DNA of 55,989 nt from a virus (IMGVR_UViG_3300020450_000029:1-55989), one strand, 5' to 3'; shown: positions 8,500 through 18,580, counted from the stretch's first letter. Program-made: numbers and translations. Notes: generated from the sequence alone by a model not told the origin.

Positions 8500-8963
8500 A
8501 TAAACTAACAATAAAAGAAGAGATGCGAGCTATAGACCAACGTGATAGAAGTTGGTGGGATAGTTTGACTGAAGAAGAACAAAAGAAAGTTGGCATCTTT
8601 GTATTAATGCGATATACTAGTGCAGTACAAACTCGTAATACAGATATAGAACATCATTATCTTGCATTAACAAATGAGCTTGTAAACAAGCACTATAACA
8701 TCTTAAGACGTGAACCTCAACTGCAACATAAGTTGTTACAGTGCGTTGGGTTGGGTACTACACAATTCCATCCATGGATACCACCTAGCAAACAGCGAAA
8801 AGGTAAGTCTGGTAAACTAATTAAATGGTTGCAAGAATTGTATCCTATATATAATGACGATGAACTTGATTTGTTGGTAAGTACAAATGATGTCCTAAAC
8901 TTTAAAGACTTAGCTGAAGAAATGGGCATGGATAAAAAACAAATCAAAGAGTTATTTAAATGA
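8496..8963 (+). CDS. Putative clamp-loader small subunit (gp62-like)
   Basis: F-x3-R-x2-S...NE-x-VN...LQ...FHPW pattern recalls gp62 homologues; replication context. Confidence 0.45.
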   Translation: MNKLTIKEEMRAIDQRDRSWWDSLTEEEQKKVGIFVLMRYTSAVQTRNTDIEHHYLALTNELVNKHYNILRREPQLQHKLLQCVGLGTTQFHPWIPPSKQRKGKSGKLIKWLQELYPIYNDDELDLLVSTNDVLNFKDLAEEMGMDKKQIKELFK

Positions 8964-9151
8964 AATGGTGGATATTATTATTAGTAACAGCTCATGCAGA
9001 CGGGAATATAACAGTGCAACCAGAAGATAGATTTAATTACAAGCCAAGTTGTCAAATGGCACAAGAAGCAAGACAAATGTATCTAAATGCGGCACATGAA
9101 TATCATAAAGGATATATCTGTTTAGCGGAGCCTAATGATGACAACAGCTGA
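8960..9151 (+). CDS. Small protein with signal-peptide-like N-terminus
   Basis: MKWWILLLVTAHA; two Cys. Confidence 0.65.
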   Translation: MKWWILLLVTAHADGNITVQPEDRFNYKPSCQMAQEARQMYLNAAHEYHKGYICLAEPNDDNS

Positions 9152-9845
9152 ACAAATTGTAACACAAATAGGAACTATTGGTGTGAAAGTAGGCACATAC
9201 AAATGTGAATATTGTAAGAAAAGTTTTCAAAGAGAAAGCACACTCTTGGCTCACAGTTGTGAAAAGAAAAGACGTTGGCAAGCAAAAGATAATCAAGATG
9301 TCTTGGTAGGCTTTGCAAGTTATGATTTGTTTTATAGAATTGAAATGCAAAGCAAACCAAAAGAATACACAGACTTTGTAGACAGTCAATACTATACAGC
9401 CTTTGTAAAGTTTGGTGCATACTGTTTGAATATAAAAGTAATTGACCAAGAACAATTTACACGTTGGTTGATTAAAAACAAAGTTAAATTGAAAGATTGG
9501 CCCACTGACAGAATGTATCTGTTGTTTGTAAAAGATCATTGTAAACGTGAAAGTGTAGAACGTGCATTAGAGCGTTTTGTTGAAAATGCAAATACGACAG
9601 AATATTTCTCAGAATTTTGGGAACGTGCAAGTGGTTATCTTATTGCAGAGTGGATAGAAATGGGTAAGATATCACCTTGGATAATTATATCTAGTAAGCG
9701 AGCAGAAACAGCTATTGCAAACATGCCTGATGATTGTGTGACAAGAATTGCTAATAGTATTGATGCAGATTATTGGGCAAAGAAAAGACAACTTAATCCA
9801 CATGATGCATATTTTGTACAGGAGATGATAGATGGCACTACCTGA
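9135..9845 (+). CDS. Phage protein with N-terminal zinc finger
   Basis: YKCEYCKKSF...LAHSC; overlaps mini-DnaE start. Confidence 0.8.
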   Translation: MMTTAEQIVTQIGTIGVKVGTYKCEYCKKSFQRESTLLAHSCEKKRRWQAKDNQDVLVGFASYDLFYRIEMQSKPKEYTDFVDSQYYTAFVKFGAYCLNIKVIDQEQFTRWLIKNKVKLKDWPTDRMYLLFVKDHCKRESVERALERFVENANTTEYFSEFWERASGYLIAEWIEMGKISPWIIISSKRAETAIANMPDDCVTRIANSIDADYWAKKRQLNPHDAYFVQEMIDGTT

Positions 9846-10401
9846 TATTGATATAGATTTTGCAGATCGAAATGAAGCACTAAAACATTTTAAACATGTA
9901 CCAGCTAGGCTAAAGCAACGTAAACACAACACTGGTGTATATTTTCATAGAGTACCAAGCAATCCGTTTACAAACATTTGTACTGTTGAACACACAGATG
10001 CAGATGATATGGGATTTTTTAAATTAGATTTACTTAATCTTAGTATATACAAAGATGTTAAAGATGATGATCATTTAAACCATCTGATGGAAAAAGAACC
10101 AGTTTGGGAACTTTTAGAACACAAAGATTTTGTTGACAAAGTTTTTCATTTGAGTGGACATGATAGCTTGTTAAAACAATTGCAACCAACGTCTGTAGAA
10201 CAATTGGCGGCAACACTAGCAATAATCAGACCAGCAAAACGCCATCTACAGGACAAAGGGTGGCAAACTATAATGAAAGAAGTTTGGGTAAAACCCATAA
10301 ATGATAACAAGGCTTACTACTTTAAGAAAGCCCATGCAGTCAGTTATGCAATGGCAGTCATTGTGCATATAAATTTAATTTGTGAACAGTTAGGTTATTA
10401 G
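9832..10401 (+). CDS. Minimal DNA polymerase III alpha-like (family C) protein, 189 aa
   Basis: PDIDIDF, HNTGVY, GFFKLDLL, LAIIRP, YFKKAHAVSYA in DnaE order. Confidence 0.85.
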   Translation: MALPDIDIDFADRNEALKHFKHVPARLKQRKHNTGVYFHRVPSNPFTNICTVEHTDADDMGFFKLDLLNLSIYKDVKDDDHLNHLMEKEPVWELLEHKDFVDKVFHLSGHDSLLKQLQPTSVEQLAATLAIIRPAKRHLQDKGWQTIMKEVWVKPINDNKAYYFKKAHAVSYAMAVIVHINLICEQLGY

Positions 10402-10778
10402 ATTTTTCTAATCAATTGTATATTACGTCTTTTTACTCTTTTTTGCATTATATCACTAAGACTAATACAAGGTCCATGTAGTATTTCAAAATCTTTTATA
10501 CTAAAAGTGATTAAACTATTTCTATACTGTTCGAAAGCATTCTTAAAAATGATATTGATAGGAATCATACGATTAGTTCCCCACCACCATTCTTCGCCTA
10601 GTTCTAAGAACTCCATTTTAGCTTCTACATCTTTAATACTTTCGTAATTGTACATACTAACCAAATTGTTATCTTTATTTTGTATAATACCAACATATTC
10701 ATTGCCTCCGTACTTAACAAGGGTTAAAAATGGAAATTCATCTAATAAATCTTGATATTTTTTAGGAACGTTGTTCAT
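10398..10778 (-). CDS. Phage hypothetical protein
   Basis: 126-aa ORF (FPFLT...EYVGII...WWW); convergent with mini-DnaE. Confidence 0.8.
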   Translation of the reverse strand: MNNVPKKYQDLLDEFPFLTLVKYGGNEYVGIIQNKDNNLVSMYNYESIKDVEAKMEFLELGEEWWWGTNRMIPINIIFKNAFEQYRNSLITFSIKDFEILHGPCISLSDIMQKRVKRRNIQLIRKI

Positions 10779-10820
10779 TGTTTTTACTTATCCAAATAAA
10801 TACTTGTAAGGATTAGACAT

Positions 10821-11597
10821 ATGTACCAAGGAACACTTTACGATTACAATCAACGAGCAGAAATACTTATACCACAAAGACGTGGCACTACCTACTACGG
10901 GCCTGACAATCACAAATATCTTTGTGCATATAAAGGACTTAATGTTGACTTCGACTTTTTTGTTAAAAATACAGATGGTAAACCTCAATCGTTGCATAAT
11001 AAAACTTACACTGCAACTGTGCTTGATAGGACAACAAAATCAACTGTCCTTACTAAAAATTTAATCCCTGAAGATTATGATAAGGGATTACTTGTACTCA
11101 AGTTAGATCACGGTGAAACTGAAGCACTTGATGCTAAGTTATATGATCTTATAATTACTTATACCATTACAGGAGCCAGCGGAAGTTATGGTGGAACAAG
11201 TGATTTGAATCATCGAATGACCTTTGTGTTAGAAATTAAAGATGGTGCAATTGCAGAACTTAGACCAAGTGAAGCTGTAAGTAGTTTTAATCCTGTTGGT
11301 GATGATAGAGTAGGCGGTAGAATGACTGGACCTGCACAAAATAATAGTACAAGTGGTTTGAACACAGTTCAAGTATTTTTAACAAACTACACCGGTACGT
11401 ATAAAATGCAAGCAACATTAAGTTTACAACCAACAAGTGCTGATTTTTTTGATGTACCAGGACAAAGTTACACAGTGAGTAGTAGCACAATAGTTGATTA
11501 TCACACATTTATTGGTATGTACACCTTTGTTAGATTAGTACATACACCCGATGCAAGTAATTCAGGAACACTTGACAAAGTCATATATAGAAGTTAA
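10821..11597 (+). CDS. Probable virion structural protein
   Basis: Beta/Thr-rich; TAAATA late motif upstream. Confidence 0.65.
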   Translation: MYQGTLYDYNQRAEILIPQRRGTTYYGPDNHKYLCAYKGLNVDFDFFVKNTDGKPQSLHNKTYTATVLDRTTKSTVLTKNLIPEDYDKGLLVLKLDHGETEALDAKLYDLIITYTITGASGSYGGTSDLNHRMTFVLEIKDGAIAELRPSEAVSSFNPVGDDRVGGRMTGPAQNNSTSGLNTVQVFLTNYTGTYKMQATLSLQPTSADFFDVPGQSYTVSSSTIVDYHTFIGMYTFVRLVHTPDASNSGTLDKVIYRS

Positions 11598-11606
11598 TAT
11601 CATAAT

Positions 11607-12629
11607 ATGATTGTATTAGAATTTATTCGACAACACATGCCTGTTGGTTGGAAGCATACTCCAAGTGGGTGGATTAGTGGCAACTGTCCAATGTGTAGTC
11701 AGCGTGGTCATAGAGCAGATACCCGAGGACGTGGAGGTATTATGTTTAAAGATGATACATTTCAATACAATTGCTTTAATTGTGGATTTAAAACTGGATG
11801 GAGTGAAGACAGACGTATAGGTGGTAAACTTACAAGTTTGTTAAAAACATTTGGTGTTGATGAATCTGACATACAAAGAATTAATTTAGAATTGTTACGT
11901 GAACAAGACAGCAAAGATATCAGTAAACAATTTATAAAACAAGAAAAAGAAACAAAAACTAAAATAGATTGGCAGCCAATGGAATTGCCTCCAAACAGTT
12001 ATAAAATTGGAGCCTATCCTTTGGACATTTTAGATAAAAAACAACTAGAACAATTAGCACTGGCTTGTACATACACAATGAAACGTGGTTTGGACTTTCA
12101 TGAACATTGGTATTGGTCACCATTTATGCATTTTGCAAGTAGAGTAATACTGCCGTTTTTTTACAAAGGCGTTATAGTTGGATATACTGCACGTTGGGTA
12201 GGAGATGATAGACCTGATACAATGCCTAAATATTTTAATCAAATGCCAAAAAACTTTGTGTACAATTTAGATGCACAATCTAAACATGATAAAGTTATTG
12301 TAACTGAAGGTCAATTTGATGCTTTGCATGTTGGTGGTGTTGCACTTGCAGGAAATACTCCCAACAAGGTTCAGTGTGCTATTATAGAAGATTTAGGCAA
12401 AGATGTAATATTACTTCCTGATTTTGATAAAGCAGGTATAGATACAGTAAATATTGCAATTAAGCGAGGATGGAATGTAAGTTTTCCTCCTTGGGAACAT
12501 GATATAAAAGATGCAAGTGATGCAGTAGAAAGATATGGTCGCTTGTTTACAGTTAGGAGTATATTAGAAAGTGTACAAACCTCTCGGACAAAGATTAGGA
12601 TACTGGCAAAGTCAACCTGTAACAGATGA
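11607..12629 (+). CDS. DNA primase (gp61-like; Zn finger + Toprim)
   Basis: CPMC...YNCFNCG, VTEGQFDA, PDFDKAG, KDASD; promoter TTGACA 11572-17-TAATAT-6-ATG. Confidence 0.9.
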   Translation: MIVLEFIRQHMPVGWKHTPSGWISGNCPMCSQRGHRADTRGRGGIMFKDDTFQYNCFNCGFKTGWSEDRRIGGKLTSLLKTFGVDESDIQRINLELLREQDSKDISKQFIKQEKETKTKIDWQPMELPPNSYKIGAYPLDILDKKQLEQLALACTYTMKRGLDFHEHWYWSPFMHFASRVILPFFYKGVIVGYTARWVGDDRPDTMPKYFNQMPKNFVYNLDAQSKHDKVIVTEGQFDALHVGGVALAGNTPNKVQCAIIEDLGKDVILLPDFDKAGIDTVNIAIKRGWNVSFPPWEHDIKDASDAVERYGRLFTVRSILESVQTSRTKIRILAKSTCNR

Positions 12630-12636
12630 ACAATGG

Positions 12637-12846
12637 ATGTTGTGGAGAAAACAATTTACTAAACAAGTTAGATGGCATAAAAAATATGCATGGATACCAC
12701 ATTTGATTAACGGAAAGTTTGTTTGGTTCAATTATTTTTTCGAAAAACATAATAATCATTATGTAAACGGTAAACTTGACACTATTGGTATAGAATGTTA
12801 TACTATGGAAGATTATATAGAAAGAAAATTGATGGGTGAATTATGA
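12637..12846 (+). CDS. Hypothetical protein
   Basis: WHKKYAWIP aromatic-rich ORF. Confidence 0.6.
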   Translation: MLWRKQFTKQVRWHKKYAWIPHLINGKFVWFNYFFEKHNNHYVNGKLDTIGIECYTMEDYIERKLMGEL

Positions 12847-14240
12847 GTGAAGACTACAGCGCCGATCTACAGAAACTTTATTTAGAGTTCTTGTTAGCTG
12901 ACAAGGACTTGTTTGTGCGTTGTAATGCTATTTTAAAAAGCAATTACTTTGATAGACAGTTTAGAGATACAGTAGAATTTATACAAAAGCATGTTGAAGA
13001 ATACAGTGATGTTCCTATGTTGGATCAAGTGCGGGCTGTGAGTGGTGTTGATGTTCAAGATGTAAAAGCAAGAGTAAATGATGAACATAGAAATTGGTTT
13101 ATGGATAATTTTGAACAGTTTTGTAGACACAAAGCATTAGAAGGTGCAATACTTGCAAGTGCAGATAAACTAGAACGCAAAGAGTATGGAACTGTAGAAG
13201 GACTAATAAAAGAAGCAGTTGAAATAGGACTAGCAAAAGATTTTGGTACAGACTATTGGGAAGACCCCGCAGGGCGTATACAAGCTATTAAAGATAGCAG
13301 AGGACAGAACACAACAGGTTGGGAAACATTTGATAGAGTATTGTATGGTGGATTCAACACAGGTGAACTGAATATATTTGCAGGTGGTTCGGGCAGTGGT
13401 AAAAGTTTGTTTATGCAAAATTTAGCATTGAACTGGGCATTGCAAGGCAAGAATGTTGTATATATAAGTTTGGAACTTAGTGAAGAACTGTGTGCTATGC
13501 GACTTGATGCTATGCTTACTGGTATGGGTACTAAAGACGTAATGAAAAATGCCAGTGATGTTGAGTTGCGAGTTAAAATGGCAAGTAAAAAAGCTGGTGG
13601 TTTACAGATTGTACAAATGAAAAATGGCTGTACAGTAAATGATATTAGAGCATACTTAAAAGAGTTTCAAATACAAAATGAAGTAAAAGTAGATGCGTTG
13701 TTGGTAGACTATTTGGATTTAATGATGCCAATAACTGTAAAAGTAAATCCAAGTGATCAGTTTATAAAAGACAAATTTGTTAGTGAAGAATTACGTAACT
13801 TAGCAATAGAATTAAATATTCTGTTTGTGACTGCTTCGCAGTTGAATAGAAGTGCAGTAGATGAAATAGAATTTGACCATAGCCATATTGCAGGAGGTAT
13901 TAGTAAAATTAATACAGCAGATAATTTAATTGGTATCTTTAGTAGTAGAGCAATGCGTGAGCGTGGTCGTGTACAAATTCAGTTTATGAAAACACGTAGT
14001 AGCAGTGGTGTTGGCAGTAAACTGGATCTCAAGTTCAACATGGATAGTTTAAGGATAGAAGACTTAGATGAAGATGAACAAGAGAATGATGGCGGAGTAA
14101 CCAGTATATATCAGAAGCTTAAAACAAAAAGCACAGTAGCACCAGCAGGTGAAACTGTAGCTGAAAACAATATGGATGCAGATCCACAAGTAAATGCAAC
14201 TGATAGATTAAAAAGTTTATTGAGGAAAAGCAGTGATTAG
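12843..14240 (+). CDS. Replicative DnaB/gp41-like helicase
   Basis: GGSGSGKS, YISLELSE, LVDYLDLM, TASQLNR, KTRSS. Confidence 0.93.
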   Translation: MSEDYSADLQKLYLEFLLADKDLFVRCNAILKSNYFDRQFRDTVEFIQKHVEEYSDVPMLDQVRAVSGVDVQDVKARVNDEHRNWFMDNFEQFCRHKALEGAILASADKLERKEYGTVEGLIKEAVEIGLAKDFGTDYWEDPAGRIQAIKDSRGQNTTGWETFDRVLYGGFNTGELNIFAGGSGSGKSLFMQNLALNWALQGKNVVYISLELSEELCAMRLDAMLTGMGTKDVMKNASDVELRVKMASKKAGGLQIVQMKNGCTVNDIRAYLKEFQIQNEVKVDALLVDYLDLMMPITVKVNPSDQFIKDKFVSEELRNLAIELNILFVTASQLNRSAVDEIEFDHSHIAGGISKINTADNLIGIFSSRAMRERGRVQIQFMKTRSSSGVGSKLDLKFNMDSLRIEDLDEDEQENDGGVTSIYQKLKTKSTVAPAGETVAENNMDADPQVNATDRLKSLLRKSSD

Positions 14241-14655
14241 ATTAGCAACTAAACAAGAGTTGGAACATATAGAAAAAGATCCAGTAAGACCCCACATAAG
14301 CAAAGAATGGCGCACAAGAAGTGGAAGAGAAGTTTATGTGTTAGAAAAAGATTCGCAAATTGCGGCAGTGATTTGTGTTGCATATACAGACGAAGTTCCA
14401 ACAAATGAAAATGATATGAAATGGGTAGGAATCAATACTGCTGTATTTTACACAGTATGGAGTTATCAACCTGGAGCAGGAAGGGAAATAGTAAATGGAG
14501 TAGCAGAGCGTATTAAAAATCAACGTCCTTGGGTAAAAAGATTTGTGACGTTAAGTCCACTAACAGAAATGGCAAGAAAGTTTCATTTAAAAAATGGAGC
14601 AAAATTGATTGCGAAACATGAAGATTGTCAAAACTTTGAATATGAAATGTGCTGA
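14233..14655 (+). CDS. GNAT-fold-like hypothetical protein
   Basis: FYTVWSYQPGAGREIV...ARKFHLKNG. Confidence 0.6.
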   Translation: MIRLATKQELEHIEKDPVRPHISKEWRTRSGREVYVLEKDSQIAAVICVAYTDEVPTNENDMKWVGINTAVFYTVWSYQPGAGREIVNGVAERIKNQRPWVKRFVTLSPLTEMARKFHLKNGAKLIAKHEDCQNFEYEMC

Positions 14656-14871
14656 AGCAAAGGTGCAGTGTACCTTATCTTTCTTTAACTATGATTCTGA
14701 ACTACAAGCACTGTATTTTAAAGTTGAGTCATTAATATGAGCCTATTTTGAGCCTGTGTTTTGTGCTTGCATGCCATTGATGATGTTGCTCTTATTGTTA
14801 ACGGATCCTAAGTTGAGAATCAAAAAATACGCAAATGCCATAAGTGCTAGTCACCAATGCTCCAGCAACAA

Positions 14872-14884
14872 TATTTACTAAATA
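14872..14884. promoter_or_regulatory. Back-to-back T4-like late promoter cores
   Basis: Dyad TATTTA-C-TAAATA gives TAAATA on both strands. Confidence 0.55.
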
Positions 14885-14892
14885 CTACTAAG

Positions 14893-15159
14893 ATGAAGCG
14901 TAAAACGAGATCAATATTGGAAGAAATAAATGCTATGTCACCAAAACGTGACAAAAAGCATATTGTGGAATCAAATGGTCAGCAAATTATTGTGACAGCA
15001 ATAAATTTAATCAATATGATCAATGAAAGTTTTGATGTGGAAACTGCGGCTGATTTGAACAAGCGTTTAATAAATGCAATAAGAACCAAAGATCCACGTA
15101 AGTTTCAAAGAGGTATTGGTAAAGTCGATGAAGATAAAAGACATAATAAGCGGGACTAA
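14893..15159 (+). CDS. Late hypothetical protein
   Basis: MKRKTRSILEEI...; follows TAAATA. Confidence 0.8.
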   Translation: MKRKTRSILEEINAMSPKRDKKHIVESNGQQIIVTAINLINMINESFDVETAADLNKRLINAIRTKDPRKFQRGIGKVDEDKRHNKRD

Positions 15160-15901
15160 GAAACGTAAAAAACGTGGCAGTCGAATAAAAAGAATCATAG
15201 GCGATAGCTTACATAAGCCAATACGTGAAGGCGGCAATATTTTTCCTGATAGTGTAAGTTTCGATCATAAAATTATTCCAAATTTAATGCAACAAATCAA
15301 TAGTGTACTAGCTAAGACCAACACCAAAGCAATTCCAATTGGTAGTGGTGCTACTCCAACTCCTGGTAAGATGAGTGGAGACTTAGATATGATTGTAGAC
15401 CTTGCTGATTTACAAAATGCATTTAACATGCAAGACCAAGAAGCAAAAGTAATAAGAAAAAAACTTAGACAACAATTTGACCTAGCAGGATTCAATACAG
15501 GACAAAGCGGTACAAGTGTACACGTAGAAGTTCCTATTGGTGATAACACACACCAAATTGATATTATGATAGTTGCAAATGCAGAAACTGCTAGTAAGTT
15601 TCATACACACAACATTCCACAAGGTAGTAAGTTTAAAGGTGTGAACAAAATGATTACTATAGCTAAGTTAGCTAAAGAGAAAGGTATGAAGTGGTCACCA
15701 TATAAAGGACTTGTTAACCGAGATACAAACGAATTAATTAGTAGTAATTTAGATGATATAGCCAAACGTTTGTTAGGCCCTAATGCCCGAGGACAAGATT
15801 TAGGCAGTGTAGAAAGTATTCTTTCAGCATTGGGTAAAGAAGCAGGAGATGCACTTTTGGCTGATCTTAGAGATGATCCAGGTTGGAAAGAGCTTGACTA
15901 A
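15128..15901 (+). CDS. Pol-beta-superfamily nucleotidyltransferase-like protein
   Basis: IGSG...SGDLDMIV and QIDIM third Asp. Confidence 0.7.
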   Translation: MKIKDIISGTKKRKKRGSRIKRIIGDSLHKPIREGGNIFPDSVSFDHKIIPNLMQQINSVLAKTNTKAIPIGSGATPTPGKMSGDLDMIVDLADLQNAFNMQDQEAKVIRKKLRQQFDLAGFNTGQSGTSVHVEVPIGDNTHQIDIMIVANAETASKFHTHNIPQGSKFKGVNKMITIAKLAKEKGMKWSPYKGLVNRDTNELISSNLDDIAKRLLGPNARGQDLGSVESILSALGKEAGDALLADLRDDPGWKELD

Positions 15902-16320
15902 TGAGATTTCATCACTTAATTGAAAACCAAATGTGGGACAACTTGATGACAAAGAACAGCGGTGTTTTCTATCGTGGTACTGCCGGTGAAGGCAAGGGCA
16001 CTGGACTAGGAGCATTAGGCAACGGAGTTTACCTTACATGGACAGAAGGCATGGCAAAAGCATTCGCACAACATGTCGGTGGTGAAGTAAAAAAGTATAA
16101 AGTAAAACCAGGACTTAAAATGGCAGACGCTCAAGGACCAGAAGTAATTGCAATTAAAAAAGAAATGGGTTTTGAGCCTTGGGAATACAGCAACGATGCG
16201 ATGTATGGTGGCATGATGACTATGGGACTCAAAGACCTAGGGTTTGACGGAGCAGTAAGTGATAAGCCAGCAGACGGTATTGTAATTTTTGATCCAAGTA
16301 ACATCGAGGAAGTAGAGTAA
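15901..16320 (+). CDS. ADP-ribosyltransferase-like protein
   Basis: FYRGT, LGNGVYLT, AKAFA, LGFDG, IVIFDP pattern of ART-fold domains. Confidence 0.6.
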   Translation: MRFHHLIENQMWDNLMTKNSGVFYRGTAGEGKGTGLGALGNGVYLTWTEGMAKAFAQHVGGEVKKYKVKPGLKMADAQGPEVIAIKKEMGFEPWEYSNDAMYGGMMTMGLKDLGFDGAVSDKPADGIVIFDPSNIEEVE

Positions 16321-17393
16321 TGCGGGCTCGTGAACTTCTAACAGAAGCTACTGATAAAGGTAGAGAATACAATCATTTAGAAGATCTAGTTACGTTTGAA
16401 GGTAGCAAAGGCGCACTAAAAGCCGCAGAGATACTTACACGACTAGGACAAGATTCAAAAGACGTTAGCATCAAGTGGGACGGCAATCCAACTATATTTT
16501 GGGGAAGAGAACCAAACGGTCAATTTGTAATGACTGGCAAAAATGGTTGGGGTAGACAAAAGACAACCAGTAGTGGACAACTACAAGATTTTATTATGAA
16601 CACAGGCAAAGGTGAGGATTGGCGTAAAGACTTTGCTGGAGAAATGGCAGGAGTGTTTGAGATACTAGAAGCCAACACACCCACTGACATGAAAGGATAT
16701 GTATACGGAGATTTACTGTATACTCCACGTAAGCCAGTAACAAGTTCACAAGCAGGCTTACAATTTACACCTAACAAAGTTACATACACTGTTGACCCCA
16801 ACAGTGCGTTAGGCAAGCGTATAGCAGGCAGTCAAGTAGGTGTAGTGGTACACACATACCATGATGCATTTGGAGATAAGACAGGCACTCCGATCAAAGA
16901 CACCAACAGTATCAATAGTAATGCAGTAGTTGTACTAGGACAAACATATGTAACACATCAACCTAAAGTTGATACAAGTGCAGTTCAGGATATAGTTAGT
17001 ACGGCAAATGCGAACGCACAAATAATAAACAATTGGTTAGCGCCGGAGCAGGGACTGAGTAGAAAAGATGCAATACTCTATAACTATGTTAACCAAATGA
17101 CCAAGCAAGGTAAGTTAGACCAACTCAGGACAGGATTTTTCGATTGGCTAAAAACCAGCAAGGTCAGTGCAGGACAGCAAGCAAAACTTATGGCAGGTGA
17201 CGACAAAGGACTAGGTGCTATATTGGATCTTGTTGTAAAAATACAAACAATTAAAAACAATATTATTGACCAATTGGACAACGCAGGTGCTGACGTTACA
17301 GCAAGTACAGATGGTCAATCAGGTGGTGAAGGTTATGTAGCCACCAGAGATAAAATTAAACTGGTTCCCCGTCATAAGTGGACACCAAATTAG
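16320..17393 (+). CDS. DUF6267-like protein with ligase-type motifs
   Basis: HLED, KWDG (motif I), GDLLY, GEGYV (IV), KLV (V). Confidence 0.65.
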   Translation: MRARELLTEATDKGREYNHLEDLVTFEGSKGALKAAEILTRLGQDSKDVSIKWDGNPTIFWGREPNGQFVMTGKNGWGRQKTTSSGQLQDFIMNTGKGEDWRKDFAGEMAGVFEILEANTPTDMKGYVYGDLLYTPRKPVTSSQAGLQFTPNKVTYTVDPNSALGKRIAGSQVGVVVHTYHDAFGDKTGTPIKDTNSINSNAVVVLGQTYVTHQPKVDTSAVQDIVSTANANAQIINNWLAPEQGLSRKDAILYNYVNQMTKQGKLDQLRTGFFDWLKTSKVSAGQQAKLMAGDDKGLGAILDLVVKIQTIKNNIIDQLDNAGADVTASTDGQSGGEGYVATRDKIKLVPRHKWTPN

Positions 17394-17405
17394 GTAAATA
17401 TTAGT

Positions 17406-18158
17406 ATGACAAAACAATATGAATTTATAAGCTCATTAAATGAAAGTAAGATGTTTAGATCACGTAATCGTGTCGAAGGTACAAATGCACGTGATATGGC
17501 AGACCTAGCATTTATGAATATGATAACAATGTACATACTGTACAATGAATATGACTTTGCTGTAGCCGCAAAAAGCTATGCACAAAGAACAATGAAATAT
17601 GGCGGACAGTTTAGATATATGCAAGGTGGCACAGATTTACATGTTGCATTAGCCGCACTAAAAAATGGTATGACTGATGCAGGAGAAAAAAACGAACTGC
17701 AACTGAGTAGATTTAATATACCTGAACAGCAAATTAAACAATTTTTAAATTTCATGCGCCAAGGAAGAAAAATTATATCACCGGAAACATTTTTCTTAAA
17801 ACTAGAGCGTGGATTGGATATTCAAAACAGCAACTACAGAAGTATTAGAAGACTAGCACAAAACTGGCCCAGACTGAACAGTATGCAAAAACAATTGGTA
17901 ATCACAAGACTTTTACAATTCTATAGAACAAAAGCATTAAGAAGTGAAATGTATAGCTATGTACGTGATATTAGTAGAAGTCAAGGACTAGAAATCCGTA
18001 ATGCACACAATGCCGAAACTCCTAAGATGCGTGGCAGTGACACACTAGCGGCATTAGCTACTGCTGGTGCAACATTAGCAGGTTCATACTATTTAGGTAA
18101 ACAATTAATGAAGGGCACTGTAATGGGCGGTGTCGATGACATAGGTAAATCCTTCTAG
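17406..18158 (+). CDS. Late hypothetical protein
   Basis: TAAATA-N5-ATG; 250 aa. Confidence 0.8.
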   Translation: MTKQYEFISSLNESKMFRSRNRVEGTNARDMADLAFMNMITMYILYNEYDFAVAAKSYAQRTMKYGGQFRYMQGGTDLHVALAALKNGMTDAGEKNELQLSRFNIPEQQIKQFLNFMRQGRKIISPETFFLKLERGLDIQNSNYRSIRRLAQNWPRLNSMQKQLVITRLLQFYRTKALRSEMYSYVRDISRSQGLEIRNAHNAETPKMRGSDTLAALATAGATLAGSYYLGKQLMKGTVMGGVDDIGKSF

Positions 18159-18580
18159 TGTTTTATTACAGTGCTTATACACTAATCGATATAACAAACA
18201 CAAACGTTAATCAATACAAAGATCAGATTATGCAATCTAATCAACAGCAAAACTTGAACACATTAATACAAAGTATAGGATTACGTAGTCAACCTATTGA
18301 ACCAGAGGTATCTATGCTTATGGCACAAGATATAGCTGAATATGGGTTTGGATCTGCATATCAAGGACTACATACAGTATGGAAATTAAACTTTAGTACA
18401 GAGCATAATGATGTGTACAACAAAAAGGGTAAAAAAACGTTTCATTTATTAAATGACTGTGATGGTGTTGCTGTGTATACAAATTTAGAAGAAACAGCAG
18501 AACTAAGGACTAAAAGTTTTGAAACATTCAATAACAAATTAATAAACTTGTATTTTAAATATAACCACCAGGTAGAATAA
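18158..18580 (+). CDS. Hypothetical protein
   Basis: GTG start coupled to upstream stop; YTLIDIT motif. Confidence 0.75.
   Translation: MFYYSAYTLIDITNTNVNQYKDQIMQSNQQQNLNTLIQSIGLRSQPIEPEVSMLMAQDIAEYGFGSAYQGLHTVWKLNFSTEHNDVYNKKGKKTFHLLNDCDGVAVYTNLEETAELRTKSFETFNNKLINLYFKYNHQVE

Noticed and set aside
9832-10401. dnaE pseudogene
   Set aside because: No flanking remnants or frameshifts; motifs are intact and joined by clean internal deletions
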